DNA from: an uncultured Eubacteriales bacterium
Lineage (GTDB): Bacteria > Bacillota > Clostridia > Christensenellales > UBA1242
Direction of reading: 5' to 3'
DNA: 64,000 nt
Assembly: GCA_949283525.1 (NCBI GenBank)
Contig: CASDSK010000038.1
Span: 1 to 64,000 of the forward strand
A model generated the notes under the pieces. It did no database searches and was not told the origin of the DNA. It saw only the letters and a list, made by a program, of their open reading frames with translations. The position numbers and the translations under genes were made by a program. Shown here in pieces: positions 48,718-58,791 of this stretch. Positions within the stretch are counted from its first letter, which is position 1, and every line of letters begins with the position of its first letter.

Positions 48718-50409
48718 TTATTTTTTAACTATATCCACTCCCCCATTATTACCATTTACTAAAATCCTATCGTATTTTGCCAATTCCAAAAGATTATCTT
48801 CACCAATACCTGTAACACATGGTAGTCCAAGTTCTCTAGCAATTATAGCTGTATGACAAAGAAAGCCACCTTCAGCCGTTACAATTGCTTTAGCTTCTAT
48901 CATCGCATCAACCCAATCGGGATCAGTATAATAAGTTAATAAAATAGAACCTTTTTTAAATAAATTTATTTCATTAGAGTCTTCTAAAAAACAAACATTT
49001 CCTTCTACAATACCTTTTGATGCAGGAGTGCCAACTATTTGAGATTTCACATTTTTCGACTCTTTTGCAATTATTTTAGTTACGGGGCGATATTGAAGCA
49101 TATAAAATTTATCATCTTTAATACACCACTCAAAATCACAAATTGCACCTAATGTTTTTTGGTGTTTCTTCAAAATATCACCTACTAATTTGCCCTTAAA
49201 TTTAATCCCGTCAACCTTTTGATTAAGTTCAAATTCTTCTGATATAGGAGTTACTTTTCCAGATACTAACTTTTCACCACCACCATTAACCCATTCTAAA
49301 ATCCCAGTTTTTTTACTTTTACCAAGCCAAACACCTGAAATATCCGCATCTATAAATTCTTGTATGACAACTGACATATTAGGATGTTTTAATCCAAACT
49401 TTGAAATGTATGACTTTACTCTAGAGCAGTTACACGATTCTTTAACTTTCTTTATTGAATCAAGAATATCTTCTTTTTTAATACCAATAACAGACAAGAA
49501 AAGTCCTGCAAACGAATTATTTTTACTATCCTCACAATTAGCAGAACTTCTAACTGCAAATTTCATATCGCTTGGTAGTAAAGATAACTTTTCTTTATGC
49601 AATTTATTATTTATTGGCAAAATATAAGTTTGAGGAATCATTATATCTTTACTTCTAAGCATTGCTAAGCCATAATTTTTACCACCAATAATGGATGGTA
49701 GTTCATTAATACCAACATCTATAAATTCAGCAATAGTATCAACATTAATGATGCCATTTTGTTCTATTAATGTTAACGCTAACATTTCTCTAGCATTTAT
49801 TTTACTTTCTGGAAATTTAGTTAAAAAAAATTTTACAAATTTATCCCTGCATTTTGAAAACACTGGATACAATTTATTATTATGATAAATATTTTGGTTA
49901 TCCTGCCATTTTTTTAACATTAAATATTTTGTTACAGTCATATTATCGATATTAATATCACTAGCATTTCCCTTAAAATTTGTAAGAGATGAAGGAAAAA
50001 TTTTGTCTAATTCTTCTATTTTTTGCAAATAATCAACGCCATAGATTTTACAAAGTTCTTTAGGCATTTCTTCACTATAAGTAGAACCTTCAGTAATAAC
50101 TTCTCCTATCCCGTAATATGCATATGCCTCTCTAGCTAATCTCCATGCCAAAATAGTGTCCTTCTCAGCTTTAGCTTTATTAATATTCTTTATGCTTGCC
50201 TTTCTTATAAATGACAAATATTTATTTACGCTAAAGGCATCAGGTTTTTTATCAAAAAATTCAATTGTTTCATTAACAATTTTTGCAACATTTTTATTTA
50301 ATAAACTATCAAATAAAATCGTTTCTCGCCATTGTTTGTCTAATACAAAATTATTAAATTTTTGTTTAAAAATTTTATATTCTTCCCACTTTATATTTTC
50401 AAAATACAT
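48718..50409 (-). CDS. PEP-utilising-enzyme family phosphotransferase. It has an ATP-grasp PPDK_N domain and a C-terminal mobile His domain, but no PEP/pyruvate TIM-barrel domain. The N-terminal domain of about 225 aa is novel.
   Basis: PPDK_N-like block FAVRSSANCEDS...FAG and a C-terminal swivel-domain block GGFLCHTAIIARELGLPCVTG. Confidence 0.6.
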   Translation of the reverse strand: MYFENIKWEEYKIFKQKFNNFVLDKQWRETILFDSLLNKNVAKIVNETIEFFDKKPDAFSVNKYLSFIRKASIKNINKAKAEKDTILAWRLAREAYAYYGIGEVITEGSTYSEEMPKELCKIYGVDYLQKIEELDKIFPSSLTNFKGNASDINIDNMTVTKYLMLKKWQDNQNIYHNNKLYPVFSKCRDKFVKFFLTKFPESKINAREMLALTLIEQNGIINVDTIAEFIDVGINELPSIIGGKNYGLAMLRSKDIMIPQTYILPINNKLHKEKLSLLPSDMKFAVRSSANCEDSKNNSFAGLFLSVIGIKKEDILDSIKKVKESCNCSRVKSYISKFGLKHPNMSVVIQEFIDADISGVWLGKSKKTGILEWVNGGGEKLVSGKVTPISEEFELNQKVDGIKFKGKLVGDILKKHQKTLGAICDFEWCIKDDKFYMLQYRPVTKIIAKESKNVKSQIVGTPASKGIVEGNVCFLEDSNEINLFKKGSILLTYYTDPDWVDAMIEAKAIVTAEGGFLCHTAIIARELGLPCVTGIGEDNLLELAKYDRILVNGNNGGVDIVKK

Positions 50410-50509
50410 TTCAATCCTTTTTTAGTCTATATCATTAACTCTTGACTAGACATACAATATAAAAATTTTCAAATTTTTTATTAAATTAAACTTACTGTAA
50501 AAATAAATT

Positions 50510-51181
50510 TTAATACTTATGGTTTTTATTTATTTTAAGAGATTGTACAGCTAATTCAGTATTATTAGCATTAGCTACATAACTTCCAGATACAATAATA
50601 TCAGCTCCAGCATTTATACATTGCTCTACGTTTGTATTATTTATACCACCGTCAATTTCAATCAAGTATTTATGATTATTTTCTTTTCTTAAATTCGATA
50701 ACTCTATAATTTTATTAACTGCACAACTGTTAAAATTTTGTCCACCTGCTCCTGCTTTAACACTCATTACTAAAACTAAATCAACTATATCTAAAACAGT
50801 ATTTATCTCGTTTACATCAGTATTTAAATCTATTGAAATTCCAACCTTTAAATTTTGATTTTTCATATAAATTAAAGCATTTTTTAATTCTGTTTCATCT
50901 TTAAATGCTTCATAATGTATGGTTAAAAAATAGGCATATTTATGTAAAATATCTATATACTGAATTGGGTTATTTACCATTAGATGAATATCTAAAGGTA
51001 ATTTTATTTTTTCTGCTAACTCAGCAAGCATTTGTGGAGTATAAGTTTTGTTCTCTACAAAATTTCCATCCATTATATCACAATGCAAAAAATCTACCCC
51101 ATAATTTTTTAATACCATACTTATACTCGGTAGTTCTTCAAATTTAAATGGCAATGTAGATATTGATACTTTATTTGGCAT
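50510..51181 (-). CDS. rpe: Ribulose-phosphate 3-epimerase.
   Basis: HCDIMDGNFVEN and DIHLMV metal-binding motifs. Confidence 0.85.
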   Translation of the reverse strand: MPNKVSISTLPFKFEELPSISMVLKNYGVDFLHCDIMDGNFVENKTYTPQMLAELAEKIKLPLDIHLMVNNPIQYIDILHKYAYFLTIHYEAFKDETELKNALIYMKNQNLKVGISIDLNTDVNEINTVLDIVDLVLVMSVKAGAGGQNFNSCAVNKIIELSNLRKENNHKYLIEIDGGINNTNVEQCINAGADIIVSGSYVANANNTELAVQSLKINKNHKY

Positions 51182-52064
51182 ACTTCTTTTTGTCCTTTAT
51201 AATTTTATTTTTTAGTCTAATAAATCTATTATATCTATCAATATTAATTTCACCTTTATTTAAAGCTTTTATAACTTCACACCCTTCATTATTTGGCAAA
51301 TGTGAACAATTTGGGAATTTACACTTTATTGCATAGTTCCTAATATCTACAAAATAATGAGTAAATTCATTAACTTCTAAGTCATCAATATTTATTGCCT
51401 TAAACCCTGGTGTGTCTGCAACTAATGCACCATAATCAGTTAAATATAAATGACAATTTTTTGTAGTATTCTTGCCTCTTGTTAATTTATTTCCAACTCG
51501 TTTTGCCATAATATCTGTCTTAATATTTTGTATGCCTAATGCATTTAATAATGAAGATTTACCAACTGCTGACTGTCCTATTAAAACAGAAATTTTATCC
51601 TTAGTTAAATTTATAAACTCATCTAGACCTTCTTTTGTATATGAACTTAATACAATAATTTTGTTTACACATTTATTGTACTGCAACTTCACTAATTCAA
51701 TAAAATCATTTGAAATAATATCACTTTTACTAATAATAATATAAGGTTCTATTTTTTCTATCCCTAATGAAATTAAAATCTTATCTACAACAAAAAAGTC
51801 TGGTTTAGGAACTTCACTAATTGTAATGAAAGCGTTATCTATATTTGAGATATTAGGTCTATCAATGTGATTTTTTCTTTCTAATAATTTTGTTATTAAA
51901 TTATTATCTAATGAAGCATCATAAATAAATTCAACATTATCTCCAGCACAAAGTCCTTCTAATTTAATTTGTTTAGGACATAAGGCATCTAACTTTTTAC
52001 CATTAGAAGACAATAATACGTTAGCACCGACAACATTTAACACTTTGCCAATATTATTCATCAT
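51171..52064 (-). CDS. rsgA: Ribosome small-subunit-dependent GTPase A.
   Basis: Circularly permuted GTPase with GQSAVGKSSLLNAL, and a C-terminal zinc knuckle CKF.NCSH..EGC. Confidence 0.85.
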   Translation of the reverse strand: MMNNIGKVLNVVGANVLLSSNGKKLDALCPKQIKLEGLCAGDNVEFIYDASLDNNLITKLLERKNHIDRPNISNIDNAFITISEVPKPDFFVVDKILISLGIEKIEPYIIISKSDIISNDFIELVKLQYNKCVNKIIVLSSYTKEGLDEFINLTKDKISVLIGQSAVGKSSLLNALGIQNIKTDIMAKRVGNKLTRGKNTTKNCHLYLTDYGALVADTPGFKAINIDDLEVNEFTHYFVDIRNYAIKCKFPNCSHLPNNEGCEVIKALNKGEINIDRYNRFIRLKNKIIKDKKKYAK

Positions 52065-53088
52065 TCTCCTCCTTCAATTGTTTTCTGCGCAATTGTCCAC
52101 ACGCTCCTTCTATCTCACTGCCTAAAGATTTTCTTATTGTTACAGAACGTCCCATTTTACACAAATATTCTTTAAACTTTTCTATGTTTGTTGAATTTTT
52201 AAGACCTCTTTCTTTAACATAATTAAGTGGAATTAAATTTATATGACATCTAATGCCGTATGTTATTTCGTATAATTTTTTTGCGTCTACAATAGTATCA
52301 TTAACATCGTTAATTAATGTATACTCAAAAACTACTCGCCTACCAGTCTTTTGTTCGTAATGTTTTACACTTTTCATTAAAGTATCTATATCATATTTAT
52401 TAGCAATTGGCATTATTTCTTGACGTTTATTTTGAAAAGCACTATGCAAAGAAATTGTTAGTATAATACCTGAGAAATCTTCTGCAAGTTTATAAATTTT
52501 ATCTGCTATACCACAAGTTGATAAAGAAATATTTCTTCGTGAAAAATTAAAGCCATTTTCATCCGTTAGTATTTCTAGAAATTTAATAACATTATCATAA
52601 TTATCAAGAGGTTCTCCACTTCCCATCAATACAATATTAGTAATTTTGCGATTTTTAATGTCGCCACCTAAAAATTTGTTTACAGCGACAACTTGTCCTA
52701 ATATTTCCCCACAAGATAAATTTCTAACAAGCCCATCCAATGTAGAAGCACAGAATTTGCAACCCATTCTACAACCAACTTGTGTGGAAACACACAATGT
52801 ATTTCCATACCTATTATACATAACAATTCCTTCAATAATATTGTCATCGTATAATTTATACAAAAATTTTGTTGCACTATCGCCTTCGTAAGTTTTATAA
52901 ATTTTTATAGGCGACCAAACATAATTTAACAAACTTTCTTTAAGGTGTTTAGGCAAAGTTGTATTTTCATCTAGTTCAATCCCAGAAAGTAAACTATTAT
53001 AAATTTGTTTAGCACGAAATTTTGATTCATTCATTTCAACTATCTTTTTTTCAAGCTCATTTAAGTTATAATCAAGTAAAATGTTCAC
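52054..53088 (-). CDS. rlmN: 23S rRNA/tRNA m2A methyltransferase RlmN.
   Basis: Radical SAM CRMGCKFCAS and the C-terminal Cys of the RlmN/Cfr family. Confidence 0.9.
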   Translation of the reverse strand: MNILLDYNLNELEKKIVEMNESKFRAKQIYNSLLSGIELDENTTLPKHLKESLLNYVWSPIKIYKTYEGDSATKFLYKLYDDNIIEGIVMYNRYGNTLCVSTQVGCRMGCKFCASTLDGLVRNLSCGEILGQVVAVNKFLGGDIKNRKITNIVLMGSGEPLDNYDNVIKFLEILTDENGFNFSRRNISLSTCGIADKIYKLAEDFSGIILTISLHSAFQNKRQEIMPIANKYDIDTLMKSVKHYEQKTGRRVVFEYTLINDVNDTIVDAKKLYEITYGIRCHINLIPLNYVKERGLKNSTNIEKFKEYLCKMGRSVTIRKSLGSEIEGACGQLRRKQLKEENDE

Positions 53089-53097
53089 TTTATCTCC

Positions 53098-55293
53098 TTA
53101 ACTCAAATTTTGTTGATTAATTTCTACAAATAATGAAACTTTATTGTCTTTATTTTCATCAACTATATCATAAATTTTTTGTATAATTTCATTATGTAAA
53201 TTTTCTTTATACCTTAACAAAATTTGGTATCTATATTTATTTTGAATTCTCTTGACTGGCGAATTCATTGCTCCCACGTAGTAAATATCATTTCCATATT
53301 CTTTAAGTAAAGATTTAACTTTAAAGAAAATAGTTGTTAAATATTCTTTTACTCTTAACTCATCACCACCAACAAACAACAACCTTACAATTTTTGAAAA
53401 AGGTGGAAAATTTGTTATTTGCCTTAAATTAATTTCTTTATTATAAAAACCTAAATAATCATTCTCTACTGCTTTTTTGTAAACGAAATGTTTAGGCGAA
53501 TAAGTTTGTAATACAACAATTCCATTTTTCTCAGCACGTCCACTTCTTCCTGCTACCTGAGTTATTAATTGATATGTCCTTTCGTTACTTCTAAAGTCAG
53601 CAAAATGCAAACTTAGGTCAGCATCAATTATTCCAACAAATGAAACATTAGGAAAATCGTGCCCTTTGGCAACCATTTGCGTGCCTACAAGTATACTAGG
53701 TAAACATTCACTAAATTGCTTTAAAATATTAAAATGTGCATTTTTTGTTTTTGTAGTATCGTTATCCATTCTAAATATTGGGACATTTGGAAAAGCTTTT
53801 TGCAGTTCTTCAACTACTCTTTCAGTTCCAATAGCTCCCTGCTTTATTTTGTCACTACCACAAATAGGACATTTATTTAAAACTCTAAATCTTTTTCCGC
53901 AAAAATGGCATTTTAATTGACTATCTTCCTTGTGTAAAACTAAAGACACATCACAATCTGTACATTTAGCAACATAACCACAATCAACACACCTAACGAA
54001 TGAAGAATAGCCTCTGCGATTAATAAATACTATTGCTTGATTATTCGAATCTATACATTTTTTTAGTTCGTCTTGGAATTTATATGAAAAGGGAGATGCA
54101 TTACCTCTAGATAATTCTGCACACATATCTACAATATGTATTTTAGGCATTTGTTTTTTGTTTACCCTTTCCTTAAGTTCTAATAATTTTAATTTACCTG
54201 ATTGTGCCTTTTGATAGGTTTCAAGACTAGGAGTAGCACTCCCAAGTATAAAATTTGCATTATTTATTTTGGCTCTAAACTCAGCAACTTCGTGCGTATT
54301 ATATCGTGGATTACTTTCACTAATGTAACTGGAGTCGTGCTCTTCATCAATAATTATAGCACCAATATTTTCTAAAGGTGCAAATATTGCAGAACGCACG
54401 CCAACTGCTATTTTTGCTTTGCCAGTTTTTAGACGTTGCCATTCGTCATAACGTTCTCCAGATGAAAGCCCACTATGTAAAATAGCAACTTTATCCCCAA
54501 ATCTTGATGTGAAATTCGATAATACTTGACTTGTTAATGAGATTTCAGGTACCAACATTATGGCAGATTTACCTTGTTTTAAACAATTTTCAATAACTCT
54601 CATATAAACTTCAGTTTTACCACTTCCAGTTACGCCGTGTAATAAGAACTGAGAATTTTCGCTACTAATAATTTTATCTAATACATATTTTTGCCCTTCA
54701 TTAAGAGTTACATCTTTTTTTTCTAACTGCAATACTACGGGTCGTCTTTCTACTATTTTCTCACAAATATTAATTATGCCTTTTTTCTCTAATGCCATAA
54801 CAGCACTTCGTGAGAACATTTCACATATCTTTGAAAAATCAGCGACGTGATTGGCTCTCATATAGCACAAAAGATTTTTTTGTTGATAAGCATTTTTTTT
54901 GAATTCAATTGTAGGCTCTTCATCATAAAATTTTTCATCTAAAACAATATAATTTTTGTATTTTTCCCTAACTTTACCCCCACGCATTTCTGCAGGTAAA
55001 AAAAGTCTTAAAATATCTACCATACGCAAGTGATATGTACTTTTCATAAAACTTGCTAATTCAAACATTTGCTGACTAATTACAGGTGCAACAGTTAAAA
55101 TTTTTTCAACAGTTTTTAACTTATCAACTGGAACTTCAGTAGTATCTTTAATAGATATACAAAATCCTTCAATTACTTTATTGCCAAAAGGGACTAACAC
55201 CATTTGTCCTGCTTGCAGTCCCTCTATCGTTTTATAATCAAATATTTTATCAACAGACTCATTCGATAAGTCGACAATGATTTCTGCTATCAT
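53098..55293 (-). CDS. priA: Primosomal protein N' (PriA helicase).
   Basis: GVTGSGKTEVY Walker A, DEEHD, and Cys-rich zinc-binding inserts. Confidence 0.9.
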   Translation of the reverse strand: MIAEIIVDLSNESVDKIFDYKTIEGLQAGQMVLVPFGNKVIEGFCISIKDTTEVPVDKLKTVEKILTVAPVISQQMFELASFMKSTYHLRMVDILRLFLPAEMRGGKVREKYKNYIVLDEKFYDEEPTIEFKKNAYQQKNLLCYMRANHVADFSKICEMFSRSAVMALEKKGIINICEKIVERRPVVLQLEKKDVTLNEGQKYVLDKIISSENSQFLLHGVTGSGKTEVYMRVIENCLKQGKSAIMLVPEISLTSQVLSNFTSRFGDKVAILHSGLSSGERYDEWQRLKTGKAKIAVGVRSAIFAPLENIGAIIIDEEHDSSYISESNPRYNTHEVAEFRAKINNANFILGSATPSLETYQKAQSGKLKLLELKERVNKKQMPKIHIVDMCAELSRGNASPFSYKFQDELKKCIDSNNQAIVFINRRGYSSFVRCVDCGYVAKCTDCDVSLVLHKEDSQLKCHFCGKRFRVLNKCPICGSDKIKQGAIGTERVVEELQKAFPNVPIFRMDNDTTKTKNAHFNILKQFSECLPSILVGTQMVAKGHDFPNVSFVGIIDADLSLHFADFRSNERTYQLITQVAGRSGRAEKNGIVVLQTYSPKHFVYKKAVENDYLGFYNKEINLRQITNFPPFSKIVRLLFVGGDELRVKEYLTTIFFKVKSLLKEYGNDIYYVGAMNSPVKRIQNKYRYQILLRYKENLHNEIIQKIYDIVDENKDNKVSLFVEINQQNLS

Positions 55294-55497
55294 CTAATCC
55301 TCACTTGGCACTATAATACCTGCTTCAATTTCTTCTAAAGCCTGAGTAATTTCTTTTTTGTCAACAGGAGTTTCCACTCCTTCAAAATATCTTTTGCTTG
55401 CTATTTCCTTTGCTCTTTTTTCAGCAACAATACAAAGTTTGTATTTATTATAATTTGTATTTTTTAATAATGATTCAATTGGTGGCTCAATCATCAT
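55294..55497 (-). CDS. rpoZ: RNA polymerase omega subunit.
   Basis: PSIDSLL-like N-terminus and the KYKL..VAAKRAKEI block. Adjacent to priA. Confidence 0.75.
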   Translation of the reverse strand: MMIEPPIESLLKNTNYNKYKLCIVAEKRAKEIASKRYFEGVETPVDKKEITQALEEIEAGIIVPSED

Positions 55498-55509
55498 AAT
55501 AATTTTCTC

Positions 55510-56943
55510 CTAATTATCTAAAATCTCTTTAATAATTTTACTTGCAATTTGAGGGTTTGCTTTCCCTTGTGTTTTTTTCATTAATTGTCCAATAAAGAAA
55601 GACAATGCTTTAGTATTACCTGATTTGTAATCTTGAACTGACTGTGGAAATTCTTTTATTAATTCTAACACCTTATTTTTGATATCGTCCTCATCATTGT
55701 TTTGTGTTAATCCACGCTCAGCAACAATCTTTTTGCAGTCTTCATCTGTTTCCCAAATCTCGTCAAATAACTCCCTACATATTGCTTGACTTATTTGTTT
55801 AGACTCATACATACTCAAAAGGTTTGCAAAATTTTCAGCACTTATTGGAACAACTAAATCATCACTACTATCATCTTTAACTTTCTTTAATAGTGTTGTC
55901 AAAATAAAGTTACAAACAAATTTAGGTTTATAAAAATAAGAAATAACTTTATCAAAATATTTAACTAAATTTAAATCATTTGTTAGAACTTCAGCATCGT
56001 AATTGCTTAAACCTAATTCATCAACATAATATTTAATTTTTTGCTCTCTTAATTGTGGCATTGATTTTTTAATTTCATCAACAAAAATTTTTTCAATTTT
56101 AAATGGTAATAAATCTGGGTCAGGAAAATACCTATAATCTTGAGCGTCTTCCTTTTTGCGCATTGAAAAACTTCTATTTCTAGCATCATCCCATCTTCTT
56201 GTTTCCTGAACTATCTTTTCCCCTTCATCAAGAAGTCTGCTTTGACGTTTTATTTCATATTCTATAGCCCTAGCAACTGAACGGAATGAATTTAAATTCT
56301 TCATCTCTGCTCTGACACCTAATTCCTTAGAGCCCTTTGGCTTTAAGGAAATATTAATATCACATCTCAAAGACCCTTGTTCCATTTTACAATCTGATAC
56401 TTCAATATACTGTAAAATGTTTCTTAATTTAGCCAAATATTTAACTGCTTCTTCAGCACTAGACATATCTGGTTCACTCACAATCTCGATTAAAGGAGTT
56501 CCACCTCTATTATAGTCTATCATAGTTCCACCTATTTTGTGGTTATGAATTAACTTAGCAGCGTCTTCTTCTAAATGAATTCTATTTAATCTTATAAATT
56601 TTTTGTTTCCATCTTCCGTATCTATTTCTATTCCACCACCGACACAAATAGGTCTAACGGCTTGAGATATTTGATAAGCCTTCGCCAAATCCGGATAAAA
56701 ATAATTTTTTCTTTCGAATATAGCAACATCATTAATTTGACTACCTACAGCAAGCCCTGCTTTAATAGTCATTTTCACTGCTTCTTTATTTGGAATTGGT
56801 AAAGATCCCGGTAATCCAATACAAACAGGACAGCAGTGAGTATTAGGTTCTCCACCAAACTCGTTTAAACATCCACAAAAAACTTTTGACTTTGTTTTAA
56901 GTTCGGAATGAACTTCCAGCCCTATAACAACATCATATTCCAT
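55510..56943 (-). CDS. gatB: Asp/Glu-tRNA amidotransferase subunit B.
   Basis: Full-length GatB with a C-terminal YqeY-like domain. Confidence 0.95.
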   Translation of the reverse strand: MEYDVVIGLEVHSELKTKSKVFCGCLNEFGGEPNTHCCPVCIGLPGSLPIPNKEAVKMTIKAGLAVGSQINDVAIFERKNYFYPDLAKAYQISQAVRPICVGGGIEIDTEDGNKKFIRLNRIHLEEDAAKLIHNHKIGGTMIDYNRGGTPLIEIVSEPDMSSAEEAVKYLAKLRNILQYIEVSDCKMEQGSLRCDINISLKPKGSKELGVRAEMKNLNSFRSVARAIEYEIKRQSRLLDEGEKIVQETRRWDDARNRSFSMRKKEDAQDYRYFPDPDLLPFKIEKIFVDEIKKSMPQLREQKIKYYVDELGLSNYDAEVLTNDLNLVKYFDKVISYFYKPKFVCNFILTTLLKKVKDDSSDDLVVPISAENFANLLSMYESKQISQAICRELFDEIWETDEDCKKIVAERGLTQNNDEDDIKNKVLELIKEFPQSVQDYKSGNTKALSFFIGQLMKKTQGKANPQIASKIIKEILDN

Positions 56944-58397
56944 TATTTAACCTCTCTTATAGAAAAGCAATTTTTCTCAAAATAATCACCTAAATTATAT
57001 AATTTACTTTCACTAAACCTATCGCCAATAAGTTGTAGCCCTAACGGCATTCCATTTTTGTCTACGCCACAAGGGATAGACAAAGCCGATAATGTAGCAA
57101 CATTTACAGGCACAGTATAAATATCATTTAAATACATTTCCAAAGGATTATTAACTTTTTCGCCAATTTTAAAAGCAGATGACGGAGTTGTAGGAGAAAT
57201 GATAACATCGCATTTAGAAAACGCATTCTTAAATTCACTAATAATTAAATTTTGAACGGCCTTAGCCTTATTATAATAAGCATCAAAATAACCACTAGAC
57301 AATACAAAATTGCCAAGCATAATACGTCTTTTGACTTCTTTACCGAATCCTTTTGTTCTAGATTTAATATAAAAATCTACTATATCAGCAAACTCATCAG
57401 TAGGCACTCCGTATTTAATACCATCAAAACGTGCTAAATTCGACGCTGCTTCAGCACTAGACAAAACATAATAGACTGCGAGTGCATCTTTAATATGAGG
57501 TAAACTTATCTCTATAATTTCTGCACCATTTTGTTTGAAAAATTCAATAGCATTTGTACAACTTTTTATTACTTGTTCATTTTCTAATAAATCAAAGAAT
57601 TCTTTTGCAATTCCTATTTTTAATCCTTTAATACTATTATTAAAACTATCTTTGTAATAATTTTCTTTCTTCACATCACAACTTGTAAATTCTTTGTTAT
57701 CATAACCAGCTATCGCGTCAAGCATAATAGCATTATCTCGAACAGTTTTAGTTATTGGCCCTACTTGGTCAAGTGAAGATGCAAAAGCAACTACACCATA
57801 CCTAGATACTAAGCCGTAAGTAGGTTTCAAACCTACGACGCCACAAAATGCAGATGGTTGTCTAATAGATCCACCTGTATCAGTTCCTAGAGAAGCAAAA
57901 CATTGATTACCTGCTACAGTTCCAGCAGACCCTCCAGATGACCCTCCGGTAACATATTCAGGATTGATAGGATTATGAACAACTCCAAACGCACAATTTT
58001 CACTAGAACTTCCCATTGCAAATTCATCCATATTCGCTTTGCCAATTATAATTGCTCCTGCTTGTATTAATTTATCAACAACTGTAGCATTATAAGGAGA
58101 AACATAATTAGCCAAAAACTTCGATGAACAAGTAGTCAATGTGTCTTTCATATTAATATTATCTTTGATAATTATAGGAACTCCAGATAATGGGGTTAAT
58201 TTTTCACCTTTTGTTCTTTTTTCATCAATGATTTGTGCAACATCTAATGCTTGTTCATTATAAGTTTCACGCAATAAATTCAAACTTTTTGTTTGTTCAA
58301 TTTGCTTTAAACTTTCTTTCACTAATTCAACTGAACTAATTTGTTTATTATTAAGTAAATTAGATACATTTTCAATTGTTTCTTTCATTATTTCCAT
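56943..58397 (-). CDS. gatA: Asp/Glu-tRNA amidotransferase subunit A.
   Basis: Amidase signature GGSSGGSAG. Confidence 0.95.
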   Translation of the reverse strand: MEIMKETIENVSNLLNNKQISSVELVKESLKQIEQTKSLNLLRETYNEQALDVAQIIDEKRTKGEKLTPLSGVPIIIKDNINMKDTLTTCSSKFLANYVSPYNATVVDKLIQAGAIIIGKANMDEFAMGSSSENCAFGVVHNPINPEYVTGGSSGGSAGTVAGNQCFASLGTDTGGSIRQPSAFCGVVGLKPTYGLVSRYGVVAFASSLDQVGPITKTVRDNAIMLDAIAGYDNKEFTSCDVKKENYYKDSFNNSIKGLKIGIAKEFFDLLENEQVIKSCTNAIEFFKQNGAEIIEISLPHIKDALAVYYVLSSAEAASNLARFDGIKYGVPTDEFADIVDFYIKSRTKGFGKEVKRRIMLGNFVLSSGYFDAYYNKAKAVQNLIISEFKNAFSKCDVIISPTTPSSAFKIGEKVNNPLEMYLNDIYTVPVNVATLSALSIPCGVDKNGMPLGLQLIGDRFSESKLYNLGDYFEKNCFSIREVK

Positions 58398-58398
58398 A

Positions 58399-58695
58399 TT
58401 ATTCCACCACCGTTGGGGCTATGAAATAGCCATCTTTATTTTTTGGTGCATTACCTACAATCTCATTATTTGGCAATGACTCTTTTACTTCATCGTCTCT
58501 TAATTCTTCAAAATTTTTTATAGTAGTATTATCTACAATATTTGAGGTATCTATTTTTTGTAATTGGTCAACATATTCAATTATTGAATTCAAGTCTACA
58601 ATGAAATTTGAAATTTCATCTTCATTAAATTCAAGTCTCGACAAAGAAGCCAAATGTTTAATTTCTTTTTCTGTAACTTTCATATTAGTCTCCAA
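58399..58695 (-). CDS. gatC: Asp/Glu-tRNA amidotransferase subunit C.
   Basis: 98 aa. Sits in a gatCAB operon. Confidence 0.8.
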   Translation of the reverse strand: METNMKVTEKEIKHLASLSRLEFNEDEISNFIVDLNSIIEYVDQLQKIDTSNIVDNTTIKNFEELRDDEVKESLPNNEIVGNAPKNKDGYFIAPTVVE

Positions 58696-58791
58696 TGTTT
58701 TTTAGTATACCATAAAAGCAAAAAAAATTCAAGCAAATTAAACAATGCTTGATATTTTTTATCAAATATGTTCTTAGACTTTATGATATCT

